The position numbers and the translations under genes were made by a program. This document shows positions 31,504-46,800 of a stretch of DNA of 64,000 nt, piece by piece (position 1 is the stretch's first letter; the number at the start of each line of letters is the position of its first letter). Source of the DNA: Setoptus koraiensis (taxonomy: Eukaryota; Animalia; Arthropoda); assembly GCA_048013815.1 (NCBI GenBank), contig CM106585.1, forward strand, positions 22,816,001-22,880,000, given 5' to 3'. The notes beneath the pieces are model-generated. The model made no database searches, had not been told where the DNA came from, and worked only from the letters and a program-made list of their open reading frames with translations.

Positions 31504-32827
31504 GTAAGTTATCTTTTTATATATTATATATATAAATATATTTCCATAGTTGATATCTATTGAGTAATTGCGCTAACTGCGTCATGGATTCTTTTGATGA
31601 CAATACAATATACGCTGTCTATATTGGGCCACTTGCATGCTGAGAATCTGCTAAAAAGCTTGCCATGTTTCATTGATCTGTTACCAATATGTTTCGTTGG
31701 CTAGCTGATAGCGATTGGATATAAATCGTCGAGTGTAATGAGTGGCACTGACTGAAACATCAATTCGATAATTGTATATCATTGGTCACTGTTGTGTCCA
31801 ATGACTGTGGCTGTCAATTCATATGTAATTGTTAGATATAATTGTTTATTTCGTGATTGAGTGTCGCCATCATTGGACCACAACGGGCCAAGAATTGGTG
31901 TCAACGTAGCAATTAGCACATGATTGCTATTTTTATGCTTGTCAAATGATGGCAATGTCATTGGATAGCTATTGTCAGTGTGCGTGCCCATGACACTGAC
32001 AGTTCACCACTAATGAAACCGGGCTCAAGCCAAGCAGACAGCGCCTTTTTTAATAATATGATTTTGTGGGCCGGAAATGGACAAAATTCTTTTCACTTCA
32101 CTTTTGGCCTCTTTGTCTCTCGATGTTATTGTCTGCATTTTTGGTTTTTGTATTTTTGTGCCTTTGTCTCATGGGCTGCTTGTGTTGTGCAAATGGACTG
32201 TGTGCTATATCTGGTGCTCGATCAAGAGATTTCATCGAGACTCGTGTCAGTCATGAATGATTTGCACCATTGTGGTGGCTAAAAAAATAGTAAAATCATA
32301 AAATATCCGCTCGGCGCGACAACACGTGCAGAGATTTTACAATGAGCTAGCTCTATTGTTGTTGGCTCACTACTGGCTCACTGGTGTGTGTTAGTTAATC
32401 AAGTTTGTCTCTGCTATTGTCATTGTCTAGTTGTTGCGTGTTACACAATGCCAGTTGTATTATATAATGCAAGTCGTGTTATATAATGCCGGTTGTGTTA
32501 TATAATGCCAGTTGTGTCATATAAAGCCATTGCGTTGTATTATACAAGGCTGTTCCATAAAAATGGCAACAATGGGCCCCAGTTGATGCCAGTTGTCAGT
32601 GTCGTTGTTGTCACTGGCGCGCTTGTCGCTGCAGCGCCGCCAGTTAGTTAGCCAAGTGTCTAATGAGACCCAAACGGATGACTCTTGCCACGTGCTTTTT
32701 ATGTTTGAATGTTGTGGCGACTGTCGGACAGCATAGCAACTCGATTCAATTGGCCCAACGCAAGCCCATTCACTTGTATATTATCCATTCTGGCCCGTTA
32801 TGTTATGTAATAAATGTTGACGACTGC

Positions 32828-32920
32828 CACTACTATTATTGCTATTATTGCTATTACTGCTATTATTATTACTATTATTATTACTATTATTATTCTTGTT
32901 GCTGTTGTTGTTGTTGTTTG
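32828..32920. repeat. (TAY)n/(TGT)n trinucleotide microsatellite
   Basis: Direct reading; produces the poly-Tyr/poly-Cys ORF 32,663-33,037. Confidence 0.9.
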
Positions 32921-35900
32921 TGTATGGCCCATACACACAATGTATGCGCCATGAGTGAGCGGGTGCAAAAACAACTGGTGGCCACCATCGTGTTTGTCTT
33001 GGCTATTGGCTCTTTATGGCCATTGGACAGGCATTAGCTGGCAACGCGGCGACAATGTTGATTTGACAATCTTCTATATTGTATAATGTATAATGTATAA
33101 TGGTCCCAAACAAGATGTCGCTCGCCAGTGTCCAGCCCGGCGACCCTTGCGCCAGCTAGTGTCCGTTATCATGTATCGTCGTGCTGAGTGTGTTTGGTCA
33201 GCTCGTAAGTCACTGTTACTTGTAGTTATTTGTAAAGTTACTTTCGCTTTAGTTTAGCACACTCTGCTGCCAGCAACATTGGGGCCGCTAGCTTTTTAGC
33301 AAGCTAGATAATAGAATCATTAATTTTGTCTATTCATTCACAGATGAAAACAACAACGACAACAAATTGTGTCAACATTAACGAAGCCCGCATTGATTTT
33401 GGTGGCGCTGCTGCTGGCGCTGCCTTGAGCCACTAAGTATACAACACTAGTTATAAGCAACCGACAGTTATGTAACCAGTCTGGCACAGTGCACAAACTA
33501 GTGGTACAAACCCGGAAGAAATGACAACCATCACGGTCATTACATGACGCCTTCTTCTTCTCATTTGCTTCGTTGGCCACCAATGCTCTCGCTGATCGGG
33601 CCACACTGTTTTGGCTCCCCCTTTTTTACTGCCACATTTGACACTCCCGTTCGCATCTCCCATCTTGAGAGCGGGCGAGGGGAGTCCCGTCTCAGCATGG
33701 CCATGGGTACCCCAATAAATAGGGATATATTGGGATATAGGTTCTCCCAAAATGTCCATCCCAGGGGGGAGTGGGGCCGATATGTATTTTCCAGCTAGAA
33801 CATGCGAGATTTTTTTCTTTTTTTGCCCAATCTCAGAGAATCTATTGAGTCTTCCTCATTATTATCTCCATTGAGACGGACATCTCCCCGGAACCGATCT
33901 CCCATGATGCGATTTGGGAGCGGGCGATTCCCCTTTCAGTTACCGCGACGTAAGATGGGATGTGAGATGGGGAGCTCCCATCTGGGAGACGCTCTCCGGG
34001 TCCGGCCCGATCATTCCTATCAGTGGCCCCATCTTGGGTGCAGCCAGTTTGTAATTGGCGCCTCGTTATTCGGTCAAGTCTAGAAAACAAAGCCAACGCC
34101 CGTATGGCGAGCTAGCTTGCCATGGTGCAACTAAACGAGTGCGCCCCAAACGAGACCAGACGAAACGGATAAAGGATGCTTGTTTGCTCGGCTCTCTATC
34201 TCTGGTGCCAGCTCGCCATTTCGGCCATTCATTGAAGCAGAAATATCGGCCATGGAGGCCCAATGAGAGAGACCAATAATTGAAACGGCGTGCGCAAATA
34301 AAGGAACGTATCGATGAAATGAATCTTTCCCGACCAAGACGATCAATATTTTCAATAACTCTGGCGAGAGCACACACATACAATTAAGCGTGCCACGACT
34401 ACTAATGTTGCTGGTCGTTGTCGGGTGGTGCATTGTGTTGGGCATTTGCAGTTGTTGCCGGCCCGATGTGGTCATCTAGTCAGCGTTATATCGGCCATGA
34501 TTGGCCATATCTCACCATTATGGACATATCAATAGTTGCATTAATAGTTGATTGAACTTGATCGATTGGGGCAACACGCCAACGATTCGTTGGGTGTCTT
34601 GTGCGGCCTTTAATTGTCAATTGCGATCCTGCTGCAAGCTTATAACTTGCTACTTATACATAGACTCATAATGGCAACAACAAACGGATAAACGGACGAG
34701 CTTATTTCTCGTGTGATTGCTCAGTGGCGAGCAGTGAGAGAAGAAATGAGAGCTGCCATTTACAAGTCGCCACGGCATGTTGAGCCTTAGAGGGGCGATA
34801 GTCGAAGCTGAAGCCAGAAGATAACAAGATGGCCAATTAATACTCGCACACTGAGAGCGGCCAATATTCAATATAGGGCCAGAACTAGAAGTAATTAATT
34901 AAGCCGCTGCGAATAAATCTCATAGTTCTAAATTGGTGTCATCGTCGAGCAAACTGAACGGTGTGGTCGGTGTCGCACCTGAGCCAATAGATACCAATAG
35001 TGGGATAACGGCACAATAATAATGCCACAATGGATAATCTGAGTCTATCGGGATTTATCTACAGTTTGTTGACTTTTATGGTTATTTGGTGTATCACTGT
35101 TGGCCAATGCATGGTGTGGTAGCGTCATTAAGTGGATATAATGTGAGCGAGATATGGAGAGAGAATTGTTTGTAAAGGTAGCGAAGCCAAAATCACTTAC
35201 GGTCATCGCTTGTTTGTGTGCGATGGATATTGTTTGCCGCGATATCTAATCGCACGATATCTGGCGAGGAGCCAAGATTGTTATCTTGCGTCGACTTCTT
35301 TATTACGGCTAGTATTATTATTATCAGCGGTATCTATTATCACTGTAACACGACCATAATGGATACCGGCCTGTTTTGGCTAGACGCCACAAACTCGCCG
35401 AGACCTTTGTCATGAATACAAAACCTGATGCTCATTACACACGGTGCACCGTTACAGTTTGTTTGTTTGCCGGTTGACACTGTTAGTGAATTGCAGCGAA
35501 ACAACACGCAGCAAAAGCAACACGAGCAAAGCCAGCTAAACTAGCTCTAAACAGGCGACTAAACCAACTTAAACTAACAACCAAAATGCGTACAATGCGT
35601 TACGTAACCTCTGTGTTTATTTCTACTCACTTTATACGTTGACCAGTTTTGCCACAAAACAGCCTGGCACAGGAGAGATTGTGTCGTTAGATAGAATGGT
35701 AATTTACTCTTTTGCTCTTGTACTATTCTCATCTCATTAAACAACAACAGCAACAACAACAACATCCGTTCATTATTATCAGTTGGCTGCTGCCAGAGCC
35801 ATTGAACCAGAATGATGTAGCATGTGATTACAACAACCAGTATATCTCACTCAATCTCTCTACCACCATCTACTGGCCAACTCTCTAATCAACTGATAAT

Positions 35901-38900
35901 GATCACCTGTGTTATAAATAATCAATATTGCACACCAGTCAACCACCAACAGCACAATTAGACGGCTCAATGTTGGCTTGTTGGCTTGTTGGCTAGTTGA
36001 TCTGGCTAGTTGATTGTTGCTGTCGCGAACGTCCGCTCTTGTCGCTGCAGTTGCACTCGCAATCAGGCTTACACAGACCTCAATGTCAAATTGACCGGCA
36101 TCAACCTAAAAATAAGCATGTTAATCATTTGGCCCACTCGATCACTACGCTGCCGTACATACTCACCGTACACTATGAATTATCCAACAGCTCATGTGGG
36201 TGCATGCTGAATCAGTTGCAGCCGATAGGAACTGATCAGATATTCACCACCTCAATAATTGATCAGGTGACTTAGCTTTAATTTACAGCAGCTAATTTGC
36301 AGCTTAATTCATGATATTGTTTACTACTTGCTCATTACTCATAAACGAGTTGTTTGCACAATATGGAAATGCGTCAATCTGTGCAGCTCCGTATCGCCAG
36401 TCGAGATCTATCTACGGTAGATTGTGGGCCGTTGGCACTGTGCTTAAATTTCGGAAATAATCCAACTAATTAGTTGGAGCTGATCGCTAATGAATTAGTT
36501 AGAAATGATTACGCAATCATTTTATTGGCCGCCACGGGCTGACGCAATTGATGTGTTCGGGCATGTGTTTGCTCCGATGCAACGGATGTTGCAAGGGCAT
36601 TGTCAGTTGAATTTACCTGTCGTATTAGTATTTGCGACAGCCAAAGATGGCAGATCTGCAAGTGGGTCGCTAATCTAGCCGTGGCACCAAATTGAGCTGG
36701 CCTCTCTCTCTCTCTCTCTCTCTCTCGTCTTGTCCCGTATCGTCTCACTCACCATTGTGTATATCATTATTTATATCATCTTACGCGAGGCTATCTCGTC
36801 ATGGCATCCACTCGCAAACAGCTGAGCCTTGCCGATTCCACTTGACATGGCCTCTGCTTATGTCAAGCTATTTATGACAGCTATACATAGGGGCATCTAT
36901 ATAGCGAGTTCATCTTAACTGCGTGTGGCTAAACTAATAATGTCTCCTATTTATCCTTTTGTTTTGCTTAGCTTCGCCATCCTTAATTGTGTTCAGTAGG
37001 CCATGTTTGCAGTGCAGGCCACACTTTTGCTTGACCCACTGACAAGCGACGCTCACCGGCCAACTAGATCCACTTTAACTGAGGCGCCAAGCGAGGCCAA
37101 GCTGAGCCCTGCCGGCACGACTATCGGTTGACCTGGCCAGCTAGTCTAATTTAGCAGCCAGAGCCAATAACTTAAAGCTGCTCAAGTCACCTACTACCGC
37201 TAGGCGCCACCAATAATAAACTAAATAATAGTTGAGCCCACTTGTTTGCCAGCCAGTCAGTCGGCCAGCCAGCCAGTTAAACGGCTTTCGCTGGCCACTA
37301 AGCAAGCAATTTCATTAAACTGGCCCACCAGCTCGACTAGTGAGTGGGGCCGACCGCTAGGCTAAACTGGTCGCCACCAACTTATATAGCAACTTGTTAT
37401 GTAACCGGCTGGTTTGAAATACATTCATTTGTGCCGCCCTGCGCTGTGGGTGCCAACCAGTGGCCGTTAGTGTGCCCCATTAACGGTGATATTTTTCTTG
37501 GCCAAAATCTATCAAGTTAGTTAATAAGTGTAAACTGCTATTATTCACCCGTTGACCAACAATTGCCATTACGTAACAACAAACACGAGCGAGCCAGCCA
37601 GCCAGCAGGCGAGTAAGTGAGTGAGCCAGAGAGCGAGATAAAAAGCTAGCTGGGGGCCAAAGATTAGATCGTAATCTCGATGTGGGGGCAGCCAAACAAA
37701 AAAGCGACTTGGCTATCATCGACAATGGCCAGCCGGCATTTTGGCCCGCGATTGGGGCCGGCGATTGAGGCCGGCAGCATTTATTTTATACCGATGAATT
37801 GATTTTGAGGCTGCTCTCACTCAATTTGACGCCCACTGGCTCTCATTCTTGTGTGGGCCAGCGGCAAGCTTCGAGGCAACACAACAATGGGACACACAGT
37901 TGAATGAGACTTGTGGACAACACTGCCGACCACCGGCAAACACACAACTTGAGACCAACGGAATCAACTGTCTCCCCCGTGCTGTTATATGTGTGTTATA
38001 TGGGAGCTGCTTCTCCCCTATTATCTTGCTCGAACAATCTAAAAGTGCTGCCTACAATACGGCCAGTCGGCCCATTTTGGGGCACCGCTCGGCCCATTAG
38101 ACGAGTGACCAAGTTGAATGTGTATGTGTGTGGGAGTTATAAATTATCGCTTATAGTTTGGGGCTTATATAATAACAGATATAACACGGTTGCATTGTTC
38201 GCAGGCTCCTTGTTAATTGACCCTGTCTAAGTGTGGGGCTCCTTTCCATCATTTTGCACAAATCGCTGTTAGCTTTCAGTGATACATCGTATGTGTAAGT
38301 ATCGAGTGATGAAATGCGTGCAATGATGGAAATGGTCGCAATTACATAGAGGCCAGTGTGCTGCACTGTTTGTTGGACAGTTGGCAAATGTAACCCAAGT
38401 ATATCCGTCTATATAATCTATCCACAATGATTGCACCATTGAACGGTTCAATTATCATGCCAATTATTACCATTGGCCGTTGTTGCAGTTAAACGGCTCG
38501 AGAGTCAACGTCGTTGCTCTCGAGCGATCCGCTTGTAGTTTAATCTTTGTGAAGTGTACACCAGAGATCGGGTGGAAGAGATTTCTCCATTGCGATAAAA
38601 GATTAGAACTAGAGAGGAAAGTTTAAAGATATTTCGTGGTCACGTTTCGCGAAAAGAATCACAAAGTGATGCTGATGCATCGGAGAACAAGCCTGACAAT
38701 TTTGACTGAAATATTATTTCTGAAATAATCCGACAAAATTGCTTTCTAACCGCAATTGGGCACCTGGCTCTCAACTATCCATGCTCCTCAGTGATTCATT
38801 AGCCAGGAGATTATGGGATTTCGTATTCACAATTACGCTGATTACAAGAGTATAAATTACATGTATAATGGTGCAATTTATGATGCTCGGCGCGCTAGAT

Positions 38901-40795
38901 ACGCGTGAATAATTGGACAGATAATTTTACTAATCGATGGCTCACGACGAGCAGCTCCATTTGCAGCAAATTGTGGCCAAGCCATCGGTAATTGATTGAT
39001 TCGATCACAATGGAGCATTGCAGCAGATTATTATTGGCACAGTTGGCGAATCGGTCTCTACTATTTGGACAGCTGCTAGCTATTAGCTACCGGCCAGCCG
39101 CTCTTACAAATGGTGCTAGCAAGGCTGTATGAGCGATGTAGCAACATTAACAAAATATTAATAGCTGGCCTGCATAGCGGATTGCCAAGATCATTCAATT
39201 TGACCAATAAGATCATGTCATTCAATGGATGCAATCCCATCAATATCTGATAGCTGGAAAAAGGGCCAAAATGGGCGCAAAAACGGGGGCCAGATTCGCA
39301 GATTGGCGAATTTGCGGATTCACGGATTCACATACTGACAGATTTGCAGATTCGCAGATTCGCAGATTCGCGGCATCGTGGCATCGCGGATTCGGGGCGG
39401 CGCACAGTTGGGCCGAATCTGCGAATCATCGTTGGCCTATCTGGGCCCCAAATCTGTGTCACTCTTTTGAAAGTTGTGCCAGGCACCGCCTAGATTTTGT
39501 TGGCCAGATAGCTGCTGTCGTTGTTGCTGGCAAGTGTTGGCAGTTGCAGTTGGTAGCCGCACATGCGAGCTGGCTGCCCGGGGCGCCCGGCAACCATTGA
39601 TGCCCATTGAGCTTGCCGACTCGATATATTGGGGCCAGATTCGGTGGGGCCAGATTCGGCTGGGCCAGATATGGTTGGGCTGGATATAGTTGGGCTGGAT
39701 ATAGTTGGGCGAGCCGGCTATTTCTGGGCGAGTTGAGTGAACTAAACGCGACTGGCAAATTATGCATGAGCGAGAGAGCGATGAAAGAAGCTGCAGCCAG
39801 TGCGTTGGTTCTTTGGGGCCCCAAGTTTGAGCACACACATGAGATCTTATCTGTCTTTTCTTGTCTACGGCCACTGTGTGCAGTGTATACATAGTATACT
39901 ACCATATACACACAGCATAGACGAGGAGGAATGTGTGAGAAAAGATCATTTACATGCCATGCTCCTGGCATTATCCTTCATCGGTTACGTAATGCCTCTT
40001 AACCACCATCGCTATTACACTTGACTCAACTCGACATACACGCTACTGGTGGCGCTGTTGTTGCTGCTGACGTTGCTGCTGTCATCTCGTCTCAATGCCA
40101 TGAACTCTTGCCATCTCTCTCTCATTCGCTGATAGAGAGCGAGTCAGTCTCGGTGAGCCATAACAAATAATATCAAAGGATGCCAAATATATATCAAAGC
40201 AGCCAGCAGCCGATCTCATCTCTGCCATCACACAGATGAGACGAGATCAGATCATATCGCACAGCAACGTGATTAGTGGCCCCGGCCACATCATGCACGA
40301 GCATACTGTTCCTGTGAGCCTCATTTTGGCAACTTCTAGCTGCAACCTCTGGCCCATTGACAAGCTGCAGCCGACGCACTGGACCAATGTCCGTCATCGT
40401 TTGGCCCAACGATGACGTAATGTATACAACGATTCATTCGTGTACGCTCAACTGCTGATGACATTTGGGCTGTTCCGCTTTTCGGCCCACAAACTGCCTC
40501 GGTGCGACCTCAACTCTCGCTCGCTCTCTCGATGCTTGCATTCTGACAAGAGACTAACTGACCCAGAAAATGAGCCATTTATAACATTTCATTTATTTTT
40601 AGCTGATGCAGGCAAGCGAGATTATTCAAATAACAAATAATTTGGGCATACCATTCACAAATAATTCAAAAGTCACACTGATAATATCAGCCCAGATCTG
40701 ATCTGTTAATATTGGCGTGCGCACCAACTTGAGCCAACTGGCACACGACAAACTTCAAATGCCCACTAGCAACTCTTATTTTGGGTCACCATAAT

Positions 40796-40857
40796 CTGCA
40801 CGATTATCTGCACGATTATCTGCATGATTATCTGCATAATTATCTGCATAATTATCT
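40796..40857. repeat. 12-bp tandem repeat x5 (ATTATCTGCAYR)
   Basis: Direct reading. Confidence 0.85.
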
Positions 40858-43800
40858 ACACAGGAAACAATCGTCAACATAAGCACCTGCCAGAGAATTG
40901 CTTGGCCTTGCTGCGCCATTAAACTTGCGCATTAAGTGCAAGTTTAGTGATGCAGGTATATGGGTGCTATTGGTCAACAAACAAACGGAGACAGTGTAAA
41001 CATAAGCGCTGGCACAAACTGAATTGAACATTGACAATTGTCATGATTAACAATCTTATGATTTATACTTGACACTTGCTCGTGAGAGCTGCTTCACTTG
41101 AGAGACAAGCTCGCTCATCACTGACACTTGTCAGTTTGGCTGGAGTTTGTTATAATAATGTTCTAGTTGTTTTGTTGACAACCGTTGATAGACAAGATGC
41201 TGTTGTCATGTGACAGCAGTTGTTATGTAACAGCAGGCATTTGACAGTTGAGCAGTTGTCACTACATGCTGTCAACGCCGTTGTTGCTGCACGCCCAACA
41301 AAATGGCCAGAGCAATAGCCGGACAAACAGCCAGACAAATAGCAAGCATAAAGGTGTGTTGCATCAATTGTCAGTCGGACAGAGCAACGAACAACATGAG
41401 CGACACTTGTCATTTGTCATTTAAAATGCTGAACGTCTGTATATGTGGCACTGTGTGCATGTCTGCATGTGATGGCTGGCAGACAAAGATTATTTGCCAA
41501 GGCAAAGTTATTCGTTGGGCCCCATTATTGGCCTCATTTAGTTAGTTATTTGACTAGTGGGCTTTATTTGGCGGGCGCCAAATAAAGCGTTCAGCCGAGT
41601 GGCCGCTGGCTGTGAGAAGTGGCTCGCAAACAGAGGCCAATTGGTTGCTTCTTGCATCTTGTAGCTCATTGGTATAAGATCTGCTGGTATGTCAGTAGTA
41701 GCTGGGGCCCCATTGTCGTCGCGGCGCCACTCATAGCCGGAGATGGGATTTTTGTCGTGGCTACACACTGGCTCTCATCTCGGTCATCTCATCTTGGCAT
41801 GTTGTGTCTGGCAACACACTACCGACGACGACGAGTTGTGTCTGACTTGGCGAGCCAGCGACCAGGTGAGTGAGCAACGGCATATATGCCTCGCTATAAC
41901 TCTGAACATACATAACGCTTACGTAACGGTTATGTAAGCGGGGCGCCAAGTGGCGTCGGAATGTTACTTACTGTCAAGCCGACGGCTTGCGTAGTGGGCA
42001 CAGTAAACAAACAGGAGAGCAGTTGTTGTTGTTGTTGTTGTTGTTGCTGCTGTTGTCGTTGTTGCAGTTGTTGGCGCTGCTGTCGGTGTGCGCCCCAAAT
42101 TGGCAGTTGCATTTGCAGTGGCCGCCAGAGCGATGGCTGCAAATGGAAGCCAGTTGAGCAAGTCAAGACTTATTGTTCGTGACTCATCATGACTCATTAT
42201 GTGATATATCCCAGCGAGCGACACACAGCGAGAAGAGGCCAAAATAACACGAGCAGCAAGAATAATTGATTAGTCTATTTGCCGCCAGTCTCATGCAACA
42301 CGCGCACGCTTGCAAAGCGGCAGAGTGGGCAAGCGCACTGCCGATGACCAGTGGTCAGTATTGATGTGGCCATCAATAACGAGCGAGGGTGTTTGTTCGT
42401 TTGTTTGTGTGCTCAAGTTTGTTGGCAAGATTGCGCCTTAACTTAAAAACAAGCGGCCCTCTTTTGGCCGATACAAATAATTGTTTCTAACCGTTATAAT
42501 GGCAACACAACCAACACGTCGCCGCCAGACACTACATTGTGTACACACTAAATTGTATGCTGTGCACTAGATTAGCCAGCCCGTGACGTAACCATCTAGA
42601 CAATTTATAGATGCTTGCGCCATTTCGCAAGCGCCAACGTTTGCCCGCTTCAAATGTTGTGCTGATTGGCCACTTGTTTACCTTTAGCCGTTGCTTGCTT
42701 TGCCGCTAAGCGAGCCTCTTCAAATTGCCCAACGATTGCCGTTGTTCGCTTGCCGTTGCTCACTTGCCATGGGCGCACCAATGTTTTTCGGGCCACCGGC
42801 CGATCTCGCCCGACAGCAGCGATAAACCGGCAAAGTCAAACGCATCTCCGGCCAGACGACGCCGGTTTGCGGGGGCGCCCACTCCCCCGGCCGGGCTCGC
42901 GGAGCACCGTTCCACGATTGCACCATCGGTCCATGGGTGCATCGCTTCATTGCACCGTCGCACCAGGGCACTCTTGCACCGCCTTGCGCTGGCCTAATCA
43001 ATTAATCATTGGATTCAGTGCGAGCCGCGCATTGCGCGCATCTGGTTACACAACACGCGCGCGGGGCCTCTCCAATTGCAGCGCGACAATGGCTGCTGCC
43101 ATTGGATATTCATGCCACTTTGGCAGTGCAACCATGAGCGGCCCCACATTCCCGAAATTCATGCCAGAAATTCGTTTGATTCGCAACTTTTCAGGTGAAC
43201 TCGCGATTCACTTAAGAACTTGCGAGTGTCACAAGTCGCTTTGTTGTGCAGGTTGCCAGCTCGCTGTCACTTTGCCGACGACAATTAATTCAACTGGCTG
43301 CTTGTGTTGGTTGCAGCTGCCCGAAATTCAATTATCCATTTCAATCATATTACACCATATCCATTGGATTTGTATTATCCAGCGACATACAGCGATACAG
43401 CGGTAACTGGCCACAGGGGCCCCTCAATCGTCAACGATCGTGGTCGATTCGACGATGGACAATGAGGGGCCCCCGAAGGATTATCGTCTTGGCAGCAATT
43501 GCAACAATTGCGCCGGTCGCATCAGAGGGCGGCGGTCAGAGGACAAACTCGGGCCGACAGTCGAGCTAACAAAGTCAAACAATTTGTTAGCTTAACAACT
43601 ATAAAAGTAAAGTAAAAAGATTACAACTCCAGCATGGTTGCTCGCTGATAGCTGGAGATAGAGGGAGAGAGAGAGAGGGAGAGGGGAGATAGAGGGAGAG
43701 AGCACAAACAAAACAATAAGTGGCCATTTTATGATCCAATGGCCAGATACCGATAGCAGCCAGTCATTTTTCTCCCTGTAATTGTCTCTATATAACTCTT

Positions 43801-46800
43801 TATATTTGTATCTACAGTGGTGGGCCGTTATTATTATTATTGCCACATCCGCGCAAACAAACACAAACAAACTCGCACTGCTCCAGTTATTATCTAATGC
43901 GAAAAGAGAGCGACGGGCCGGCCCCAAGAGAAGGCTCGCTAATGCACTTAATGTGGTAACCATTTGGATATATGAGACTGCACACACATACGTAGCGCTA
44001 GATTGGCGTAGATTGGGGCCACGTTGTTTGTATGTTGGGCGATATGGTGGGCGGCTTGTTTGCTCATGTCTTGGCAAGATGATCTCTGTGCTCGAGTCTC
44101 AAGTCTCGAGTCTGAGCCAGGCGAGAGAGTGGCGACAACTGGCGCCGCCCGCTCTTTGGCTCTCTCGCTCATTGGCCACCAGAGAGCGGAGCAGGCACTT
44201 AATTTGTAAATTGATCCTCTCTAATATCTAATATCTGACGTGTGTTTGCTCACAAGACGCTCTCTATCGGCCATCGGCCATCAACTGGCTGGCTGGCTAA
44301 CTCGTTGGCCCGCTCGCTGCAATTGCCGATGCCGAGACGCTGCCGCTGCCGCTGCAAATAAAATATGCCCACAAACAAACTACTGGCAGCCCGCTTCTTA
44401 TCGCAACTGTTGGCTGGCTTGCCAAGAATTGCAATTAGTTTTGCTCGAGTTGGCCTCTGTGTATTGTTTTGGTTGCTCTCCATCTACTGGCTCGTCTCGG
44501 CTTGCCAGCCCAGTTCTTGTTTCGTTGGTGAGCCCTCGCGCGGCCCCTCGGTTGTCTCGATCTGGAATATCTCAGCATGTCAGATGGCAGCCCTCAGATA
44601 AGCAAACAAACAAACAATTGCAAGCCACGCCAAGCCAAACAATCCGACAAACATGTCGATAGCGACGATTGAATTTCGCGCGCCAACATGCTCTCAAATT
44701 GCATATTGCACCGTACGCTATAACCGCGTAACACACAATACAGTATGTCCAACTAACTAACTAATGGTCATATTCATTCAAATTTGACAATTCATATCCA
44801 TCCAAATGGGGGACCATGCGTATATGCTGATGATGTAATATAATTAAACAAGTACTTGTAATAACAACTATTGTGTGCCTACTAAAGTAACGGGCAAGTT
44901 AGTTGTTATCATAGTAAGTAATTTTTGCAGTAGCCAGTTCAGGACGGCACTGATTATGTAACTTGTGCGCACTTGTCATTCGAGATTTTGAGCCAAATTG
45001 GTTAATTGTTGACAATTGTGAGTCAAATGCACAGATTGATTGTTATTCGATATTGACACAAGCTGGTCAGACGATTGCAGGTCGTTTACTGTTCGGCGGA
45101 AGCCAAAAAGTAAACAAACAATTCAATCATGAGAGGCTCACAATTGTCATTATAACTTGCTGTGACGGTCATGTCGGCTGTGGCAAGTAGCGTCAATGGG
45201 GAGAATTGCGATGAAACCACAAACGACTCCATTGGCGACTCTAACGGCGACTCTAATAAATCACAGTCTGACTGTCTGGCCCCAATCTGATCAATCGACG
45301 CAATCACCACTGTACAAATCACAAATATGATGGATATGCAAATTACTGCGCTTATTATGCTAATGCCGTTGCTCACTTTTGTTTGTTTGGGCTCCTTGTA
45401 GCGAGTGTATCAATTATAACTGTACTGTTGTCACTTCCGTGCTTCACTGCGGCCAACTGATCGCTGCCGACTGAAACAGCCAACTGATTGCCAGTTGCTG
45501 CTACGGAAACACGGCGCCCACTTACGAGTCGATCGTCGATCCGATAACCGCACCCGTACAATATGCGACAGTAAAATATACCGGAAATGCTCATATGCTC
45601 GCTATACATATATTACGTTGCGTAATTTACGCTGCGAGCAAGCATCTACGAGGCGTGTGATGCGCTGCTGCTGCCGTCGCCGCTGCCGCTCCAGTGATAA
45701 ATAGTCGCCGGTGAGCTCGGTGCGGCTATTAACAATTTAAATGAACAGTCATCATATTGCATGATATGCAAATCAAATGAGAGCAAAGGTCACGGTTGCG
45801 CATCTCAGACTGTCACAAGTGGCTTGTCAGACACGCTTGGGCACGATATGAGCCAGCCAATAATCTAATTAGAGGCAATTCTATTAGCTGATGGACAACA
45901 GAATGGCTAATGTTACCTAACACTCTCAGGCTACGTGCAATCTCAGTGTTGCTTGGTGCGTCTTGGCGAAGTCTGACAGTGTGCACAGTTTATACAGTGC
46001 GCACTGACTGGTGCCTGACAGAGCTAAAGAATGGCCCCCAAACGAGCCAATTGGCCCAATTGATCCGGCAAATCATTACACAGATTCGGAATGAGTCTAA
46101 TTCGAGTCCAATTTGTATATGGCCAATGTGTGTGTGCTATGGTGTGTTTGTGTTGGCTCGCAACCAGCCAAATGCCTTTGATTTGGGCCATATCTTATGG
46201 CTCGGCGCCAAATTAACTGGCAAGACACTCCATTGGCCGGCCCGTTGGCTACGGCCAGCAGCGCCGGCCCGGCAGCCGAGAGGCCCGAAAATGCCGCTGC
46301 GAGCAGGGCCCCAATTGTATGTACTCAAGTACAATACATAAACAATATTACCATTAGCATATTGTTGTATCAAACAATCATCTTGATTCAGTTGACTTCG
46401 CGCGGTCCCCAGTGCGTAAAAACTGACGTGGCCATTGGCTTGGCTGGCTCGATGCAGTGCGGACTGACTTGTTGTGCGCATGTAGAGGCATGTGCACATA
46501 TGCAACGGCAAACAAGTGCAATTACCCCCGCTGCCACAAGGATATGGGCCCACCGCCGATGTATGTAAATTGGACCAAATCCGCTGGCACTGTGCCGGGG
46601 CCCCATTGCGCACACAATCCGCACCCAGGCTGGATGCGCCATGCATGACAATGATCTTTTTGCATGAATTGCTCGCTCGATACCGGCACATTGTTGTTTG
46701 CTGTTGTCGCCATTATATTTCATTTGCTGGTCACTAGTCTCTGGTCGCCGGTGGCCAGTCTTCGTTGGGTTGGTCGCTAGTCGCCATGGGGCCAGTGGCC